From a virus (Duplodnaviria > Caudoviricetes): a DNA stretch of 64,000 nucleotides. The notes under the pieces are model-generated. The model saw only the letters and a program-made list of their open reading frames with translations, was not told the DNA's origin and did not search any database. The stretch spans positions 64,001 to 128,000 of IMG/VR virus record IMGVR_UViG_3300047160_036266, one strand, 5' to 3'. The position numbers and the translations under genes are program-made. Positions 1 to 10,230 of this stretch are shown piece by piece. The number at the start of each line of letters is the position of its first letter. Position 1 is the stretch's first letter.

Positions 1-560
1 CCGCTGTCGTCCATCGTCGTGTAGGCCATGCCAATCGACATCTGCTGTTCCTTGAACACCGGATACTTTTTGTCCACGGTGAAGCGCAGATTCTTGGTCT
101 TCACTTCCGGCATCAGGGGCAGTTCCGGGGCGAACACAACCCACTTGATGGGCCGTAGCTGGTTGCCGTTGTGTGGGTGGAACATGCCACCGGCCTGCTG
201 GTGGCCCGGCACCTGCATAAGCTGGTGCGGGTGTATCTCCGGCGCTGCTGTCGGAGCCTCCACGATCTCCTGAACGACCACATTGGCGTCCTGGTCCACC
301 AAGAACTTCTTATTTTTGAGGACGATGCCGCCCTTCGTCTCACGGAAGGTGATCTGCTTCTTGCTATATTCGTAGACCTCGACATCCGTGATCCACACGT
401 CCCGCCGGCTCAGTTGCGCCATTACCGCTCCCGCCAGCTTCTCCAGCGGCACGTCGTCGTAGGGATCACCCACCTTCTTTTTGAAGGACTTGGTTTCCTC
501 TTTATTGTAACCGCCTTCTTCGAGGCGCTCGTGATATTTGTAAATTACTTCGTAGCCCAT
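1..560 (-). CDS. hypothetical protein, partial (runs off window start)
   Basis: Manual translation of minus strand from ATG at 560 (MGYEVIYKYHERLEEGGY...) stays open to base 1; absent from ORF track because no stop lies in the window. Confidence 0.75.
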   Translation of the reverse strand, partial: MGYEVIYKYHERLEEGGYNKEETKSFKKKVGDPYDDVPLEKLAGAVMAQLSRRDVWITDVEVYEYSKKQITFRETKGGIVLKNKKFLVDQDANVVVQEIVEAPTAAPEIHPHQLMQVPGHQQAGGMFHPHNGNQLRPIKWVVFAPELPLMPEVKTKNLRFTVDKKYPVFKEQQMSIGMAYTTMDDS

Positions 561-587
561 ATGTCCCTTTCTAATTAAGTAAGCCGG

Positions 588-1208
588 CTATCTTTGTATG
601 ACCCCCACCCCATATCTGGTTGCAAAGGTGGCTGGCTCTCGATTCTTCGACTTACAGAAGTCAGAAAAGGCCCGCTGCGCCGGTGTGTGCCGGACAATAT
701 AATCCATCACAATCAAGCCGTTCAGTTCCATCTGGGGCCAGACGAAATCCAGGTAAGCCATGTGCTTGTCATAGCCAGTTTCCTCATTTATAAAGCACAA
801 ATCCCACCTATTTCCGTGGAAGCGTAGTAAAAAATCCTCGTCGTCCACCGTGCCGACATGGGCGCTGACCACAATGCTCCTGGCGTTTTGCAAGACGTTG
901 GCCCGGCCCAGGCGGGGGGAGTAATATTCCTCCTTTTTCTCCTGAAAACCCAACACGCGCTCCACCGTCTTGCACGACTTCAAAAAGCACGCACTGAATA
1001 AGCCCAAGCGGAACCCTATTTCCAATATACTCTTCGGCTCAATAAAATGCCCCAGGTGGTAGTAGAAGGGAATATAGAGGGGGTCGGTGTAGGCAGAAGT
1101 CTTGCGGGATGTCTCGTTGATGAGCCGCAAGTTATCTAGCAGGATGCGTGCGCTGAACGGCTTGGCCAGCCGCTCGTCCATCTGGGCCTTCAATTCGCTG
1201 AGAGTCAT
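588..1208 (-). CDS. class I SAM-dependent methyltransferase-like protein (Methyltransf_24-like)
   Basis: ILEIGFRLGLFS motif I-like; DLCFINEE and GLIVMDYI motifs. Confidence 0.6.
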   Translation of the reverse strand: MTLSELKAQMDERLAKPFSARILLDNLRLINETSRKTSAYTDPLYIPFYYHLGHFIEPKSILEIGFRLGLFSACFLKSCKTVERVLGFQEKKEEYYSPRLGRANVLQNARSIVVSAHVGTVDDEDFLLRFHGNRWDLCFINEETGYDKHMAYLDFVWPQMELNGLIVMDYIVRHTPAQRAFSDFCKSKNREPATFATRYGVGVIQR

Positions 1209-1220
1209 ACACTAAAAGAG

Positions 1221-1248
1221 AACGCCCTGGACAGAAGCCCAGGGCGTT
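1221..1248. terminator. GC-rich inverted repeat, probable terminator
   Basis: aacgccctgg / ccagggcgtt perfect 10-bp stem between Hsp20 and methyltransferase genes. Confidence 0.55.
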
Positions 1249-1256
1249 GCAAAGCG

Positions 1257-1781
1257 TTATTCATCGAGATTCTTGATCTCGACCTGCTTGGGCTTGGGCT
1301 GCACCAACTCCGGCACCTTCCAGACCAACCGCAGGATGCCGTCCTTGATGGTGGCCTCCGGGTCGCCAGTCACAAAGTCCGGCAACAGTACGCGCCGCTC
1401 GAAACTGGACCGCTTCAACTCCCGAATATGGAAGTGCGATCCCTCCGAGTGCTGGTGTGTGTCACTCATGCGACCAGAAATGACAAGCACCTGGCGAGTT
1501 GGCGTATCAACGCCAAACTGCCCTTCCTCTTTATACGGGTGCAATTCCACCCGCAGATCGCTGAGCTTCACGCCGGGCACCGACGCCTCCACGATCCACT
1601 GGCCGTCCTTGGTAATTACGTCCAGGCGTGGGTAGCCCATCTTGGACCGCACCGTGTTGGCGGCGGAATCCGAGAAGAACTCGTCCACTACCTTGTCGAA
1701 ATACTGCTGGAAGGGATAAAACAGGTCGTCCCGGCTCGGAATGAGAGACGTTAAACGCGACGGACAAAAAGTACCCTTCAT
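1257..1781 (-). CDS. small heat shock protein (Hsp20/alpha-crystallin family)
   Basis: YPRLDV...VEASVPGVK...ISG...RELKRSSFERRVLLP...ATIKDGILRL; AGGAGG RBS before ATG 1781. Confidence 0.9.
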   Translation of the reverse strand: MKGTFCPSRLTSLIPSRDDLFYPFQQYFDKVVDEFFSDSAANTVRSKMGYPRLDVITKDGQWIVEASVPGVKLSDLRVELHPYKEEGQFGVDTPTRQVLVISGRMSDTHQHSEGSHFHIRELKRSSFERRVLLPDFVTGDPEATIKDGILRLVWKVPELVQPKPKQVEIKNLDE

Positions 1782-2047
1782 GGTGTACCTCCTAATTGTT
1801 ACCACCGCCCTATTGCGTGTGGTGTCATGGACCGGGCATCACCCGTGTCCACAGTATATATTCTAGCACACTTGGTTTTGAAATAAAAAGGGAGCATGAC
1901 ATACGATCATGCTCCCCGCCGTGTTCCGGCATTTCGGTTGAGGCCAGCCCTTGGCTCAAACCATCAGGACTCCGTATTAGCCATCACCAACAGAGGATCA
2001 CCCATCCATACGGCCAGGGTGAACCTGAAGACAGGACCACTTATATA

Positions 2048-2584
2048 TCACTTGACCTGCAAAGTTTTGACCATAATCCATTTCACTGGTCCGGGGTCGA
2101 AGTCCTCGGCATCCCACTGGTTGGCAGTACCCTCGATCACCAGACCGTAGCCCGCCGTTTCTTTTGATACCAGGATGGGCCTCTCGCCACTCTTCGGCCC
2201 CAGCAAGGCAAGGGGATGAAGCCAGAGGCGGCGCTTGCTGTCAACCCGGATGCTATCGACGGAGATGTATGCCTTGGTCCCGTCCTTCATACTTTCCAGT
2301 TTATTTCGGACGTGAGTAAAAGGGAGTGTGGCCCCATCCTCGTCCGTACCCACGACCTTCACATTCGGCGGGGCATCGTCCTTCTTGTCATCCTTTTCTT
2401 TCTTCTCCTCTATCTTGCCAGGCAGGCGTGGGTCATAAGGCGGCGGGTCTTTCTTCTTCGGCTGAGCGACCGGCTGTGCCTTGTCCTTTTCATCTCCAAC
2501 CGCCTGAGCGGTTCCCCAATCGGCCTGCGTACACGTCATCAATAGCAAGAGAAGCGAGACGCATATCTGTTTGAATCTCGTCAT
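2048..2584 (-). CDS. hypothetical secreted protein
   Basis: N-terminal hydrophobic signal-like segment; overlaps stop of upstream gene. Confidence 0.6.
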   Translation of the reverse strand: MTRFKQICVSLLLLLMTCTQADWGTAQAVGDEKDKAQPVAQPKKKDPPPYDPRLPGKIEEKKEKDDKKDDAPPNVKVVGTDEDGATLPFTHVRNKLESMKDGTKAYISVDSIRVDSKRRLWLHPLALLGPKSGERPILVSKETAGYGLVIEGTANQWDAEDFDPGPVKWIMVKTLQVK

Positions 2585-3198
2585 GCGGTACTCAAATAAT
2601 AGTCAGGCAGGTACTCGATCACTTCCACTCCGGCCTTGGCAAACAAGAAACGACTGCCGAAGGAGTAATCACGCCCCCAATCTATTATATACACCTTCTT
2701 GATGCCGGAGTTGATTACCAGCTTGGTGCATTCCACACACGGGCAGCCGCACCAGCAAAACATCTCGGCACCGTAAAGGTTGCCGCTGGCGTTGACGATG
2801 GCATTGGTTTCCGCATGGGCGCAACTGCACAACTCCAGGCGGACGCCGGATGGCGCACCTACAGCTTTGCGGGGGCAAATACGCGAGTTGCCATACTTCT
2901 TTACGAAGTCGTTCATCAGCACGCAGTCCGACACGGGGCAAGCTGGTCCCGCCCCCTCACAAGGAATAGCCTTCTTCTTCTCTTCCTCCGTCAACTGTGG
3001 CCACACGACCTGCTCCAAATATTCCGGGGCGTCGTTATGTGGCACGCCACGGGGCGGCGAGTTGTAGCCGGTGCCCAGAACTTTATTCGCCTGGGGGTCT
3101 ACAATCACCACGCCGATCTTGCGGCTGTAGCAGGAATTGCAGTCCTCCCCGACAAACCGGGCCATCCGCATGTAGTGCTTGATGAATTTCTCTTTCAT
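2581..3198 (-). CDS. dCMP deaminase
   Basis: CYSRKIGVVIV, GYNSPPRG, HAETNAI and PCVEC zinc motifs. Confidence 0.9.
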   Translation of the reverse strand: MKEKFIKHYMRMARFVGEDCNSCYSRKIGVVIVDPQANKVLGTGYNSPPRGVPHNDAPEYLEQVVWPQLTEEEKKKAIPCEGAGPACPVSDCVLMNDFVKKYGNSRICPRKAVGAPSGVRLELCSCAHAETNAIVNASGNLYGAEMFCWCGCPCVECTKLVINSGIKKVYIIDWGRDYSFGSRFLFAKAGVEVIEYLPDYYLSTA

Positions 3199-3869
3199 GG
3201 CTGCTCCTTCAGCTTTTTGAAGACCGTCGCCAGGTCATATAATTCCCGCTGCTCGGCACCATATTGATTAGGCAGACGTGCCACGGCTCCGAGACGATCC
3301 TCAGCCAATAACTCTCGGCTGAGCATATATCCCCGGATGACAAAACGACTGCCGATCCGGTAGTCACCTGTCACCAGACATAAAAAGTGGGCCGTATCCT
3401 TTTTTTTCCAATCGGCGTAGGAAAGCGCGCCGGTTTGATATTCCGTGATCTTCACATCCACGACATATCCGTTATGCTTGTGATCCCCGTCGTCGTCCCG
3501 CACGGAGCGGGCTTTAACTTCAAATTGGCCGAAGGGGTAGAGGTTGTGCCGCTTGGCATAGGTCAGTTCGCCACACAACCCGTTGATCTCGATGAACTTC
3601 TCTTTCTCCGGGTCTGCCTTTCGCATGTTGACGCGACCAGCCGCCCGTGCCGCCGCCGTGCGTTTCGGGCCGATCAATTTGCAAATTTCCATCTCGGTTT
3701 CGTTCAGGACGACATCATCGCCAGCGGGCAGGGTCGAGCCAAACAAGTCGAAAGGATATTTCTGCTGCTCACGGTAGCCGTTGAGCAGGGCCACCAGTTC
3801 CTCCGCACTCTTCCCGGTGCGCTTGTGGGCCTGAATCAACAGCCACTCTTCGTTATCACTCCATGACAT
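3195..3869 (-). CDS. hypothetical protein, possible PD-(D/E)XK nuclease fold
   Basis: GELTYAK...DDGD...VDVK pattern only. Confidence 0.35.
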   Translation of the reverse strand: MSWSDNEEWLLIQAHKRTGKSAEELVALLNGYREQQKYPFDLFGSTLPAGDDVVLNETEMEICKLIGPKRTAAARAAGRVNMRKADPEKEKFIEINGLCGELTYAKRHNLYPFGQFEVKARSVRDDDGDHKHNGYVVDVKITEYQTGALSYADWKKKDTAHFLCLVTGDYRIGSRFVIRGYMLSRELLAEDRLGAVARLPNQYGAEQRELYDLATVFKKLKEQP

Positions 3870-3913
3870 GCTATAACCTCCTTGCCAGGCATTATAACCG
3901 CATCCATTAAACG

Positions 3914-3951
3914 AAAAAAGGCCGGTGAGGTTGCCCTCACCGGCCTTTTTT
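3914..3951. terminator. bidirectional rho-independent terminator
   Basis: aaaaaaggccggtgagg-ttgc-cctcaccggcctttttt. Confidence 0.85.
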
Positions 3952-3965
3952 GTTCAAGGCAGCAC

Positions 3966-5237
3966 CTAATTGTGCATGGCCTTCTTCACGTCCTTAACGG
4001 GCAAACCCAGGGCGGTGCGGATGTTGTTAATGGCCTTCGCCAACAGCGACCGGCTCTGGTTCAGGGTGCTGCCATCCTGCACCACGTTGTCCTCCCACAG
4101 CTTGCTGGAACGCGACCAGTCCAACACCGCCAGGGCCGTGAAGAGGGCATTGGCCTCCTGGGGCTTCTCGGCCCAGATGTCATTGGCGATCTCGGCCATG
4201 AGCAGGATGCCCGTAGCACTGAAATGAACATAGTTGGGGCGCAGCTTTGGCACCACGCCACTACCCACCGCCTGCTGAGCCACGCTGCTCCACTGCGGAT
4301 TATTCGCCGTGAAGTTGTTGAAGAACCCGGTCAGGCGGTTCAGGGAATCGGAACGGTTGTCCTCAACGAACGGCTTGAGGGTTGAAGTAACCTCCCCGAT
4401 CTTCCCGGCGGTCTGGCGCGAGCCGGTCAACATCATGGCGAACGCCTGCCGGATGTTGTTGGTGGTGAACAGCATCTCGGAGTTCTTGCCGATGGTCTTC
4501 ATGACCTTCTCGATGCGACCCTTGAAGATCGGCACACCGGCGACCACATCCCGGATGAACTTGCTGAAGGCATCGCGCCGATTGTACGTCGCCAGCAGCG
4601 CCGGCGAGATTGGCTTGACGGTGGCGCAGTCAGCGAAATCCTGCTGTATCTGGTCCAACTCGGATTCCACGGCGATGACCACAGCCGCCCCATCTTTCAA
4701 CAGGCGACCCCCTGGGCCAATCAGGGTCGAGGCAGCCTCGCGCCGGTGCTGGCCGTCCTGCATCCAAAACATGGCGTCATTCGGCACGTTCACAAAGCCC
4801 GGCAGCGTGGCACCGAAGCCCGGAATGCCGACACCATCCTCCTCGTTAGCCGCCGAATAGAAAATCAGCGGCGTATCCGTATTCACGACAAACGGCGGCA
4901 GGATGTAGCGGTCCACCCCCGTGAGGTAGCCGGCAATATCGTGCCAGTGGCCCTTGTCGCACGGACGCTCCCGGTGTTCGGCGGGGTCTTCCCCTTTGCG
5001 AGCCGGATCGGTCTTCGTCATCTTCACGAGCGTGGGAAACCCCATCGCAGTCATGAAGAAGTAGCGATCACCCTGGCGGAAGGCCATTCCTGGGAACACC
5101 ATACCCAGATGCACCAAGGACGCCTCGTGCGCCAACTGCCGGGCTTTGTCAAAGGAGCCACAGTGGCGCAACCGGAAGCCGCTCGCCCGGTTGCCATTTC
5201 CATTCTGGTCCACGAGATTCCCTCCTGGTAGGTCCAT
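3966..5237 (-). CDS. DGQHR-domain / DndB-like protein
   Basis: AFRQGDRYFF N-terminal motif, YILPPFVVN, QDGQHRREA, QQDFAD; start uncertain. Confidence 0.85.
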   Translation of the reverse strand: MDLPGGNLVDQNGNGNRASGFRLRHCGSFDKARQLAHEASLVHLGMVFPGMAFRQGDRYFFMTAMGFPTLVKMTKTDPARKGEDPAEHRERPCDKGHWHDIAGYLTGVDRYILPPFVVNTDTPLIFYSAANEEDGVGIPGFGATLPGFVNVPNDAMFWMQDGQHRREAASTLIGPGGRLLKDGAAVVIAVESELDQIQQDFADCATVKPISPALLATYNRRDAFSKFIRDVVAGVPIFKGRIEKVMKTIGKNSEMLFTTNNIRQAFAMMLTGSRQTAGKIGEVTSTLKPFVEDNRSDSLNRLTGFFNNFTANNPQWSSVAQQAVGSGVVPKLRPNYVHFSATGILLMAEIANDIWAEKPQEANALFTALAVLDWSRSSKLWEDNVVQDGSTLNQSRSLLAKAINNIRTALGLPVKDVKKAMHN

Positions 5238-5352
5238 GAGTAACGGGCATGGCGACCAATTAAATCAAAATCCGGGTCATCGGTCAACCGATTTTTGTCA
5301 AAACACAAAAAACGCACGATTTGGTGTTACTGCCGCACGATTTCGTGCGGCA

Positions 5353-6381
5353 TTACGATTTGGCAAGTCGTTGCTGGGTGTCCTGGGCGTACCGGGCGGA
5401 AAGCTCGATGCCGGTGTACATGCGGCCAAGGGTCTTGGCAGCGGTGGCGGTGGTGCCAGAGCCGATGAAGGGGTCGAGGACCAGATCGCCGGGCTTGGTG
5501 CAGATTTTAACAAATCGCTCGATGATTTGCTGGGGGAAGGGGCAAGGATGGTCAACACCCTTGATATTTTCCACCCGGCACTCCACGACATCCTTCTGCA
5601 TTGGCACGTCGTAGCAGCGGATTATACTAAAGCCATTTTCCCGGATTTGCGTGTTGCGCCCACCCTCCTGCCCGCCGTAAGCTTCCTTGTGAATGCCTCG
5701 AATCTTCATGCGGTAGCCAGGAAGCTTCCCGGATTCAACTTCGGCAACCACCTGATTAAGAGCCGCCAGGGCCTTCGCTTTCTCTTCGGTCGTCAAGTCG
5801 GAGGCGTCGATGTGCTTCCGATATTTCTCGCCCATCTTCTTGCCAGTCTTCTTCTTGGGGGGCTTGGATACTTCCACTTCTGGCTCAAGGTCGTCCAGAC
5901 AGAAATAGTAGTCCTTGGCCTTAACAAAGTGGAAGAACGGCTCGTGGCTGGTTATAAGGCGCTTGCGGAAAGTATGGGGCGTCGGGTTACTCTTCACCCA
6001 GCGCACTTCATTGATGAGGAACACGCCTTTGAAGGTGTCCAGCACGCGAATGGCGAACCGGGCGGGCACCATTTGCAGGCCATTGCTCAAATATTTGTCA
6101 CCGAGATTGAAAACAATACTGCCTTCATCCTTGGTGACTCGCAGACACTCGCAGAATACTGACAGGAGATGATGAATATAGCTCCCGACGCTCGACTCCT
6201 GACCAATCTCCCTGTCCGCCAGGCCAGCCTCAATACCCTCATATTGATGCTGCTGAAAATACGGCGGACTGGTGATGGTAAGCTGAGCCACTTTCGGTGG
6301 CAGTTGTTTGAGCAGGTCAAACACATCGCCCACCAAAATCTGGTTCTCGTATTTCTGTGGCTCCATAAACGACCGAAGCAT
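5353..6381 (-). CDS. DNA N4-cytosine/N6-adenine methyltransferase (beta class)
   Basis: ITSPPY catalytic motif; HPCPFP and VLDPFIGSGTT SAM-binding motif at C-terminus. Confidence 0.92.
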   Translation of the reverse strand: MLRSFMEPQKYENQILVGDVFDLLKQLPPKVAQLTITSPPYFQQHQYEGIEAGLADREIGQESSVGSYIHHLLSVFCECLRVTKDEGSIVFNLGDKYLSNGLQMVPARFAIRVLDTFKGVFLINEVRWVKSNPTPHTFRKRLITSHEPFFHFVKAKDYYFCLDDLEPEVEVSKPPKKKTGKKMGEKYRKHIDASDLTTEEKAKALAALNQVVAEVESGKLPGYRMKIRGIHKEAYGGQEGGRNTQIRENGFSIIRCYDVPMQKDVVECRVENIKGVDHPCPFPQQIIERFVKICTKPGDLVLDPFIGSGTTATAAKTLGRMYTGIELSARYAQDTQQRLAKS

Positions 6382-6452
6382 ATTCCCTCCTGAATAATGG
6401 AGTAATATGCTTCGATTCTAACATACGAGATGTTCGGGCGCAATAGCTGTTG

Positions 6453-6821
6453 CTAAGATATTTCCTCTGTCACCAAGTCATGCAGGCGGTCGCTCAGATC
6501 GTTAAAACGCTCGGTCATCTCAACGGTGACGCGACCGCCGCCCTGGGCGTTCTCAGAGAAGGTCAGGAGGGCTTCCTCGGCGGCGAAGGTGTCTTTGGAA
6601 TTGAGAGCTTCTTCGGCGGCGTCGAGCCACACCCCCATATCCATCTCTTTTTCCAGGCGGGTGCGCAGCGCCTCGTATCGTGGGTCCAGATCGGCAACTG
6701 GATAGAATTTGTTAAGCCGGGCGCACAAATAATTCACCATCCAGTGGTTGGCCTCCATCCAGTTCTGGGCCTCCATCGCACCCTCGGCGTTGTCCAACAT
6801 CTGCCGGGCCGACTCAAGCAT
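6453..6821 (-). CDS. hypothetical protein
   Basis: ORF in co-directional run overlapping its upstream neighbour. Confidence 0.6.
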   Translation of the reverse strand: MLESARQMLDNAEGAMEAQNWMEANHWMVNYLCARLNKFYPVADLDPRYEALRTRLEKEMDMGVWLDAAEEALNSKDTFAAEEALLTFSENAQGGGRVTVEMTERFNDLSDRLHDLVTEEIS

Positions 6822-7455
6822 ATTTCACCTTGCTGACAAAAGGCTTGATTTTATCGAGCAGAACCTTTTTCTGCTCCTCTACCTTCTTAGAGTAAGCCTT
6901 CCAAATAGTCAGATCAAGGGCAGCTATCGACATCCCCGCTTTATCCGCCAGGGCGATAAACAGCTTCTCAATGCGCCCGTATTGCTTGCGGCTGCCGGGC
7001 GTCCCCTCCGGCACACTATATCCCAGGTCACACAGGAACTTCAAAATATGCGTGTCCAGGCAGGCCACACGCGCATCCTTGCGGGTGTGCAAAATAAAAA
7101 AGCGGGCCGTCTTCGGTCCAACCCCGAACACCCGCTCCAGGTCTTCCGACTCCACCGTTTGCAGGTCGAAGTTCCGCCGAATCACGTCATAGATTGCCTG
7201 GGCCTTCAAAGAATGGCAACCCACGCCGTAGCGCTTCAGCATCGCCTGGAGGTCTTCCACCGAATATACCGCCAGGGAAGCGAAGGGGCGGAACCCCTCC
7301 AGCCCCAGCTTGTCATGGGCCTCCGTCAGCAGCGAGTCCAGCGACCGGGCAATCACCCTGGCCGTCTTGCCGGCCACCAGGATACTGAAGAGGGCGAACT
7401 CTTCGAGTTGGTGCTTGTTGAGGGTATAAGCGGTGCAGGTATCTGGATCAATCAC
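6814..7455 (-). CDS. HhH DNA glycosylase/lyase, OGG2-like 8-oxoguanine glycosylase
   Basis: VFGVGPKTARFFIL helix-hairpin-helix, LDTHI, C-terminal ALDLTIWK. Confidence 0.7.
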   Translation of the reverse strand: MIDPDTCTAYTLNKHQLEEFALFSILVAGKTARVIARSLDSLLTEAHDKLGLEGFRPFASLAVYSVEDLQAMLKRYGVGCHSLKAQAIYDVIRRNFDLQTVESEDLERVFGVGPKTARFFILHTRKDARVACLDTHILKFLCDLGYSVPEGTPGSRKQYGRIEKLFIALADKAGMSIAALDLTIWKAYSKKVEEQKKVLLDKIKPFVSKVKYA

Positions 7456-7469
7456 AAATCACGTCCTTG

Positions 7470-7703
7470 CTATAAAACGGCGACTTGATTCTGCGTCTCC
7501 ACCCAGCAGACTGCCCCGCAAGACAGAGGTTTATCAGGCCGATAAACAACACGAGCAACCTCCACGCCCTGGGAGTCGTAGATCACGACTTCCGTGGCGT
7601 AGCGGTTGCTCTTGTAGGTTTTGACGGTGAGTACCGGCTCGCGCTGGCCGGTCTTGCGGTTAGAGCGGATAATTGCCTGGTTGACGTGGATTATCGTTTT
7701 CAT
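7470..7703 (-). CDS. hypothetical protein
   Basis: short ORF in co-directional run; phage-like composition. Confidence 0.6.
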   Translation of the reverse strand: MKTIIHVNQAIIRSNRKTGQREPVLTVKTYKSNRYATEVVIYDSQGVEVARVVYRPDKPLSCGAVCWVETQNQVAVL

Positions 7704-9294
7704 ACCGCTCGAAGAGAGGCGTGGGGCGTCCTAAGTCCACAATATCCCGTGACACCCCTACATTATAATCCCCCTCCGGGAGTCGGCGGTAGAGGAAATC
7801 CTCCAAATAGCCTAAGTCCAAGTCCTCCCAGGACTTCTTGCTCTCGAAAGACTCCCAAATCTTGCGGCTGGTTCCCGGCAGGAACGGCTTCAGCATAATC
7901 GCCGTAACCCGCAGTCCATTCACAAGGTTGCGCAAAATCTGCGCCAGCCGCTCCGGCTCGGATTTGAGGGTCCAGGGCTTCATCTGGTCGATATATTCGT
8001 TCATCTTCCGCAGTTCCGACCAGATCAGCGCCAGGACATGCTTGTACTCACAATTCTCCACGCTCTCGGCATAGTCAGCGAAAGGCGTACCTCCGTGAAG
8101 GATGTTGCGAAAATCGCCCACGCTGGGGATCGAGCCGTCGAAGTATTTCAAGACCATGCTAATGGTGCGTTGGACCAGATTCCCCAGGTTGTTGGCCAGG
8201 TCGGCGTTGTACACATCCACGAAGTTGGCGAAGGTATAATCACCGTCGCTGGCGTAGTTACAGCGGCTCAGGAAATAATAGCGGTAGGCATCGCAGCCGA
8301 ACTCCTTCACCAGTTCCATCGGGTCGAGGAACTTACCGCTCTTGCTGGCCTTCCTGCCCTCGATGTTGATGAAGCCGTGGGCGAAGACCTTCTTGGGAAG
8401 CTCCACGGCGTACATCCGGCCCCCGACCCCCTCGTTGTAGGCCATAATCATGGCGGGCCAGAGTGCGCAGTGGAAACGGGTGATGTCCTTGCCGATGAAA
8501 TGAACGTCAGCGGGCCACCACGTCAGGTCCAGTCCTTCTTTGTCCAAACCCACGCCCGTCATGTAGTTGAGCAGGGCGTCGAACCAGACATAGATCACCT
8601 GGGTTTCGTCCCAGGGAACCGGGATGCCCCAGCCCTCGTTGCGGCGGCTGATGGAAATATCCAGGGGCGGCTCGTCCACCGGCTGCAAATCATAAGAAAC
8701 GAAGTTGACGACCTCGTTGTAGCGCGACTCCGGCTCGATCAGCAAATCCGACAGCCCGTTGGGCTTGGGGGCGAGCATATTCAGCAGCCGGATACGGAAC
8801 TTGGACAGCAGGAAGAAATAGTTCTCCTCCTCCGTGTGGCGAAGCTCCTGCTTCGGGTGGTTCGGGCAGCGGTCGTTCTCGATCTCCTTGGGAGTCTTGA
8901 AGGCTTCGCAGCCATCACAGTAGAGTCCTGAGTAGCGGCGCTTCTCAATATACCCGGCCTCCTTCACCATCTGGATGAAGTGCTGGACGCCTTCCCGGTG
9001 GCGCTGCTCGGTGGTCTGGATGAACTCATCAAAGGAAATGTCCAAGGCACGCCACACGGCTTTGAACTCTTCGGCCATGCGGTCGCAGTACACCTTGGGG
9101 TCTTCGCCAAGCTCACGGGCACGCTTGGCGACCTTCCAGGTATTCTCATCGTTGCCCATCAAAAAGAAAACATCGTCGCCTTTGAAGCGACGATAGCGAG
9201 CTTGCACGTCGGCCCCCACTTTCTCGAACGCCGTGCCAATGTGGGGGCGGCTGTTCGGGTAGTCAATGGCCGTCGTCAGATAAAAGCTGCCCAT
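7660..9294 (-). CDS. metG: methionyl-tRNA synthetase (monomeric type)
   Basis: YLTTAIDYPNSRPHIG (HIGH), GNDE, YVWFDALLNY, HFIGKDITRFH, KASKS (KMSKS), ADLANNLGNL. Confidence 0.96.
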   Translation of the reverse strand: MGSFYLTTAIDYPNSRPHIGTAFEKVGADVQARYRRFKGDDVFFLMGNDENTWKVAKRARELGEDPKVYCDRMAEEFKAVWRALDISFDEFIQTTEQRHREGVQHFIQMVKEAGYIEKRRYSGLYCDGCEAFKTPKEIENDRCPNHPKQELRHTEEENYFFLLSKFRIRLLNMLAPKPNGLSDLLIEPESRYNEVVNFVSYDLQPVDEPPLDISISRRNEGWGIPVPWDETQVIYVWFDALLNYMTGVGLDKEGLDLTWWPADVHFIGKDITRFHCALWPAMIMAYNEGVGGRMYAVELPKKVFAHGFINIEGRKASKSGKFLDPMELVKEFGCDAYRYYFLSRCNYASDGDYTFANFVDVYNADLANNLGNLVQRTISMVLKYFDGSIPSVGDFRNILHGGTPFADYAESVENCEYKHVLALIWSELRKMNEYIDQMKPWTLKSEPERLAQILRNLVNGLRVTAIMLKPFLPGTSRKIWESFESKKSWEDLDLGYLEDFLYRRLPEGDYNVGVSRDIVDLGRPTPLFERYENDNPRQPGNYPL

Positions 9295-9727
9295 AGGCGT
9301 CCTCCTTCTCCAACTTCTTCTTGACTTCCTCGATTATGGTCGAGGGCTTCGGGTCGGTAAAGAATGCCGCTGGCTCCTTGAGCTTCGTGGTTTTTGGCCA
9401 CGGACACGGCACTCGCTCGTTTTGTTGATTAAAAAACACCTTCTCCTTGACCCGCTTCGTACCTTCGCAGCACTTGCATACGCCATTCTGCTCAAACCCA
9501 AAGGCAAAGCCGGTGCCTCGACAACACTGACATGGGAAACCCTTCTCCTCTATCTCGTTTTCCTTGAGCCAGGCAAAGAAACAGGCCAGGTTGCAGAACC
9601 AGTAATCCCATTTACCATCCTCCGTGTGGTGGCAAGTGGGACAAAGGCGGTTCTCGTACTCGAAGGACAACTGCAAATCAAACGCACCCTCTGCCTTGCA
9701 TTGTGAACAATGGATCACGATAATCAT
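9263..9727 (-). CDS. hypothetical Zn-finger protein
   Basis: multiple CxxC pairs incl. DnaJ-like CRGTG/CEGT. Confidence 0.55.
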   Translation of the reverse strand: MIIVIHCSQCKAEGAFDLQLSFEYENRLCPTCHHTEDGKWDYWFCNLACFFAWLKENEIEEKGFPCQCCRGTGFAFGFEQNGVCKCCEGTKRVKEKVFFNQQNERVPCPWPKTTKLKEPAAFFTDPKPSTIIEEVKKKLEKEDAYGQLLSDDGH

Positions 9728-10230
9728 GACTTTTCCCCCGACTGGTAGGCCGCAGCATTCTGCACGATGTCGTCAATCTGGCTGTCCAGGTCGTGGCTGT
9801 AGATGCCGGTGTTGATCTTCTCCATCTCCTTGCGCATGAAATGGCCCCGGTTGTTGGCCTGCTCACGGGCGGCGTGCAACGCCTGTAAGTGATTGTACAG
9901 CAAGGTTTTATTGTGACGGGCAGCCTTGGAGGCCACCTTGGCGTCCTTCAACATCTGTTCGCCTTTGGCGTACATCTCAGCGGTCTTGTCGCTCTTGCCC
10001 TCCTCCTTCCAGTAGCGGAACTTGTCCGCAAAGAGTGATTCTACTTCCTGCTCCCGCATTAAGTAAAGTGCTTCAGCGTCGGCCAGGGCGCGACCGATGT
10101 AGTCGATCCGCCCCGACACCCGCTCAAAGAACTCGTTGAGGGTACGGTCGGTGAAGCGCAGGTCTTGGGGGTCCATGACCACCGCTTCGTTGCCCAGCTT
10201 GATCTCGCGCTTCTCGGAAAACCTGCTCAC
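9724..10230 (-). CDS. UvsY-like recombination mediator
   Basis: helical/coiled-coil protein of similar size adjacent to replicative helicase; weak resemblance only. Confidence 0.4.
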   Translation of the reverse strand: MSRFSEKREIKLGNEAVVMDPQDLRFTDRTLNEFFERVSGRIDYIGRALADAEALYLMREQEVESLFADKFRYWKEEGKSDKTAEMYAKGEQMLKDAKVASKAARHNKTLLYNHLQALHAAREQANNRGHFMRKEMEKINTGIYSHDLDSQIDDIVQNAAAYQSGEKS

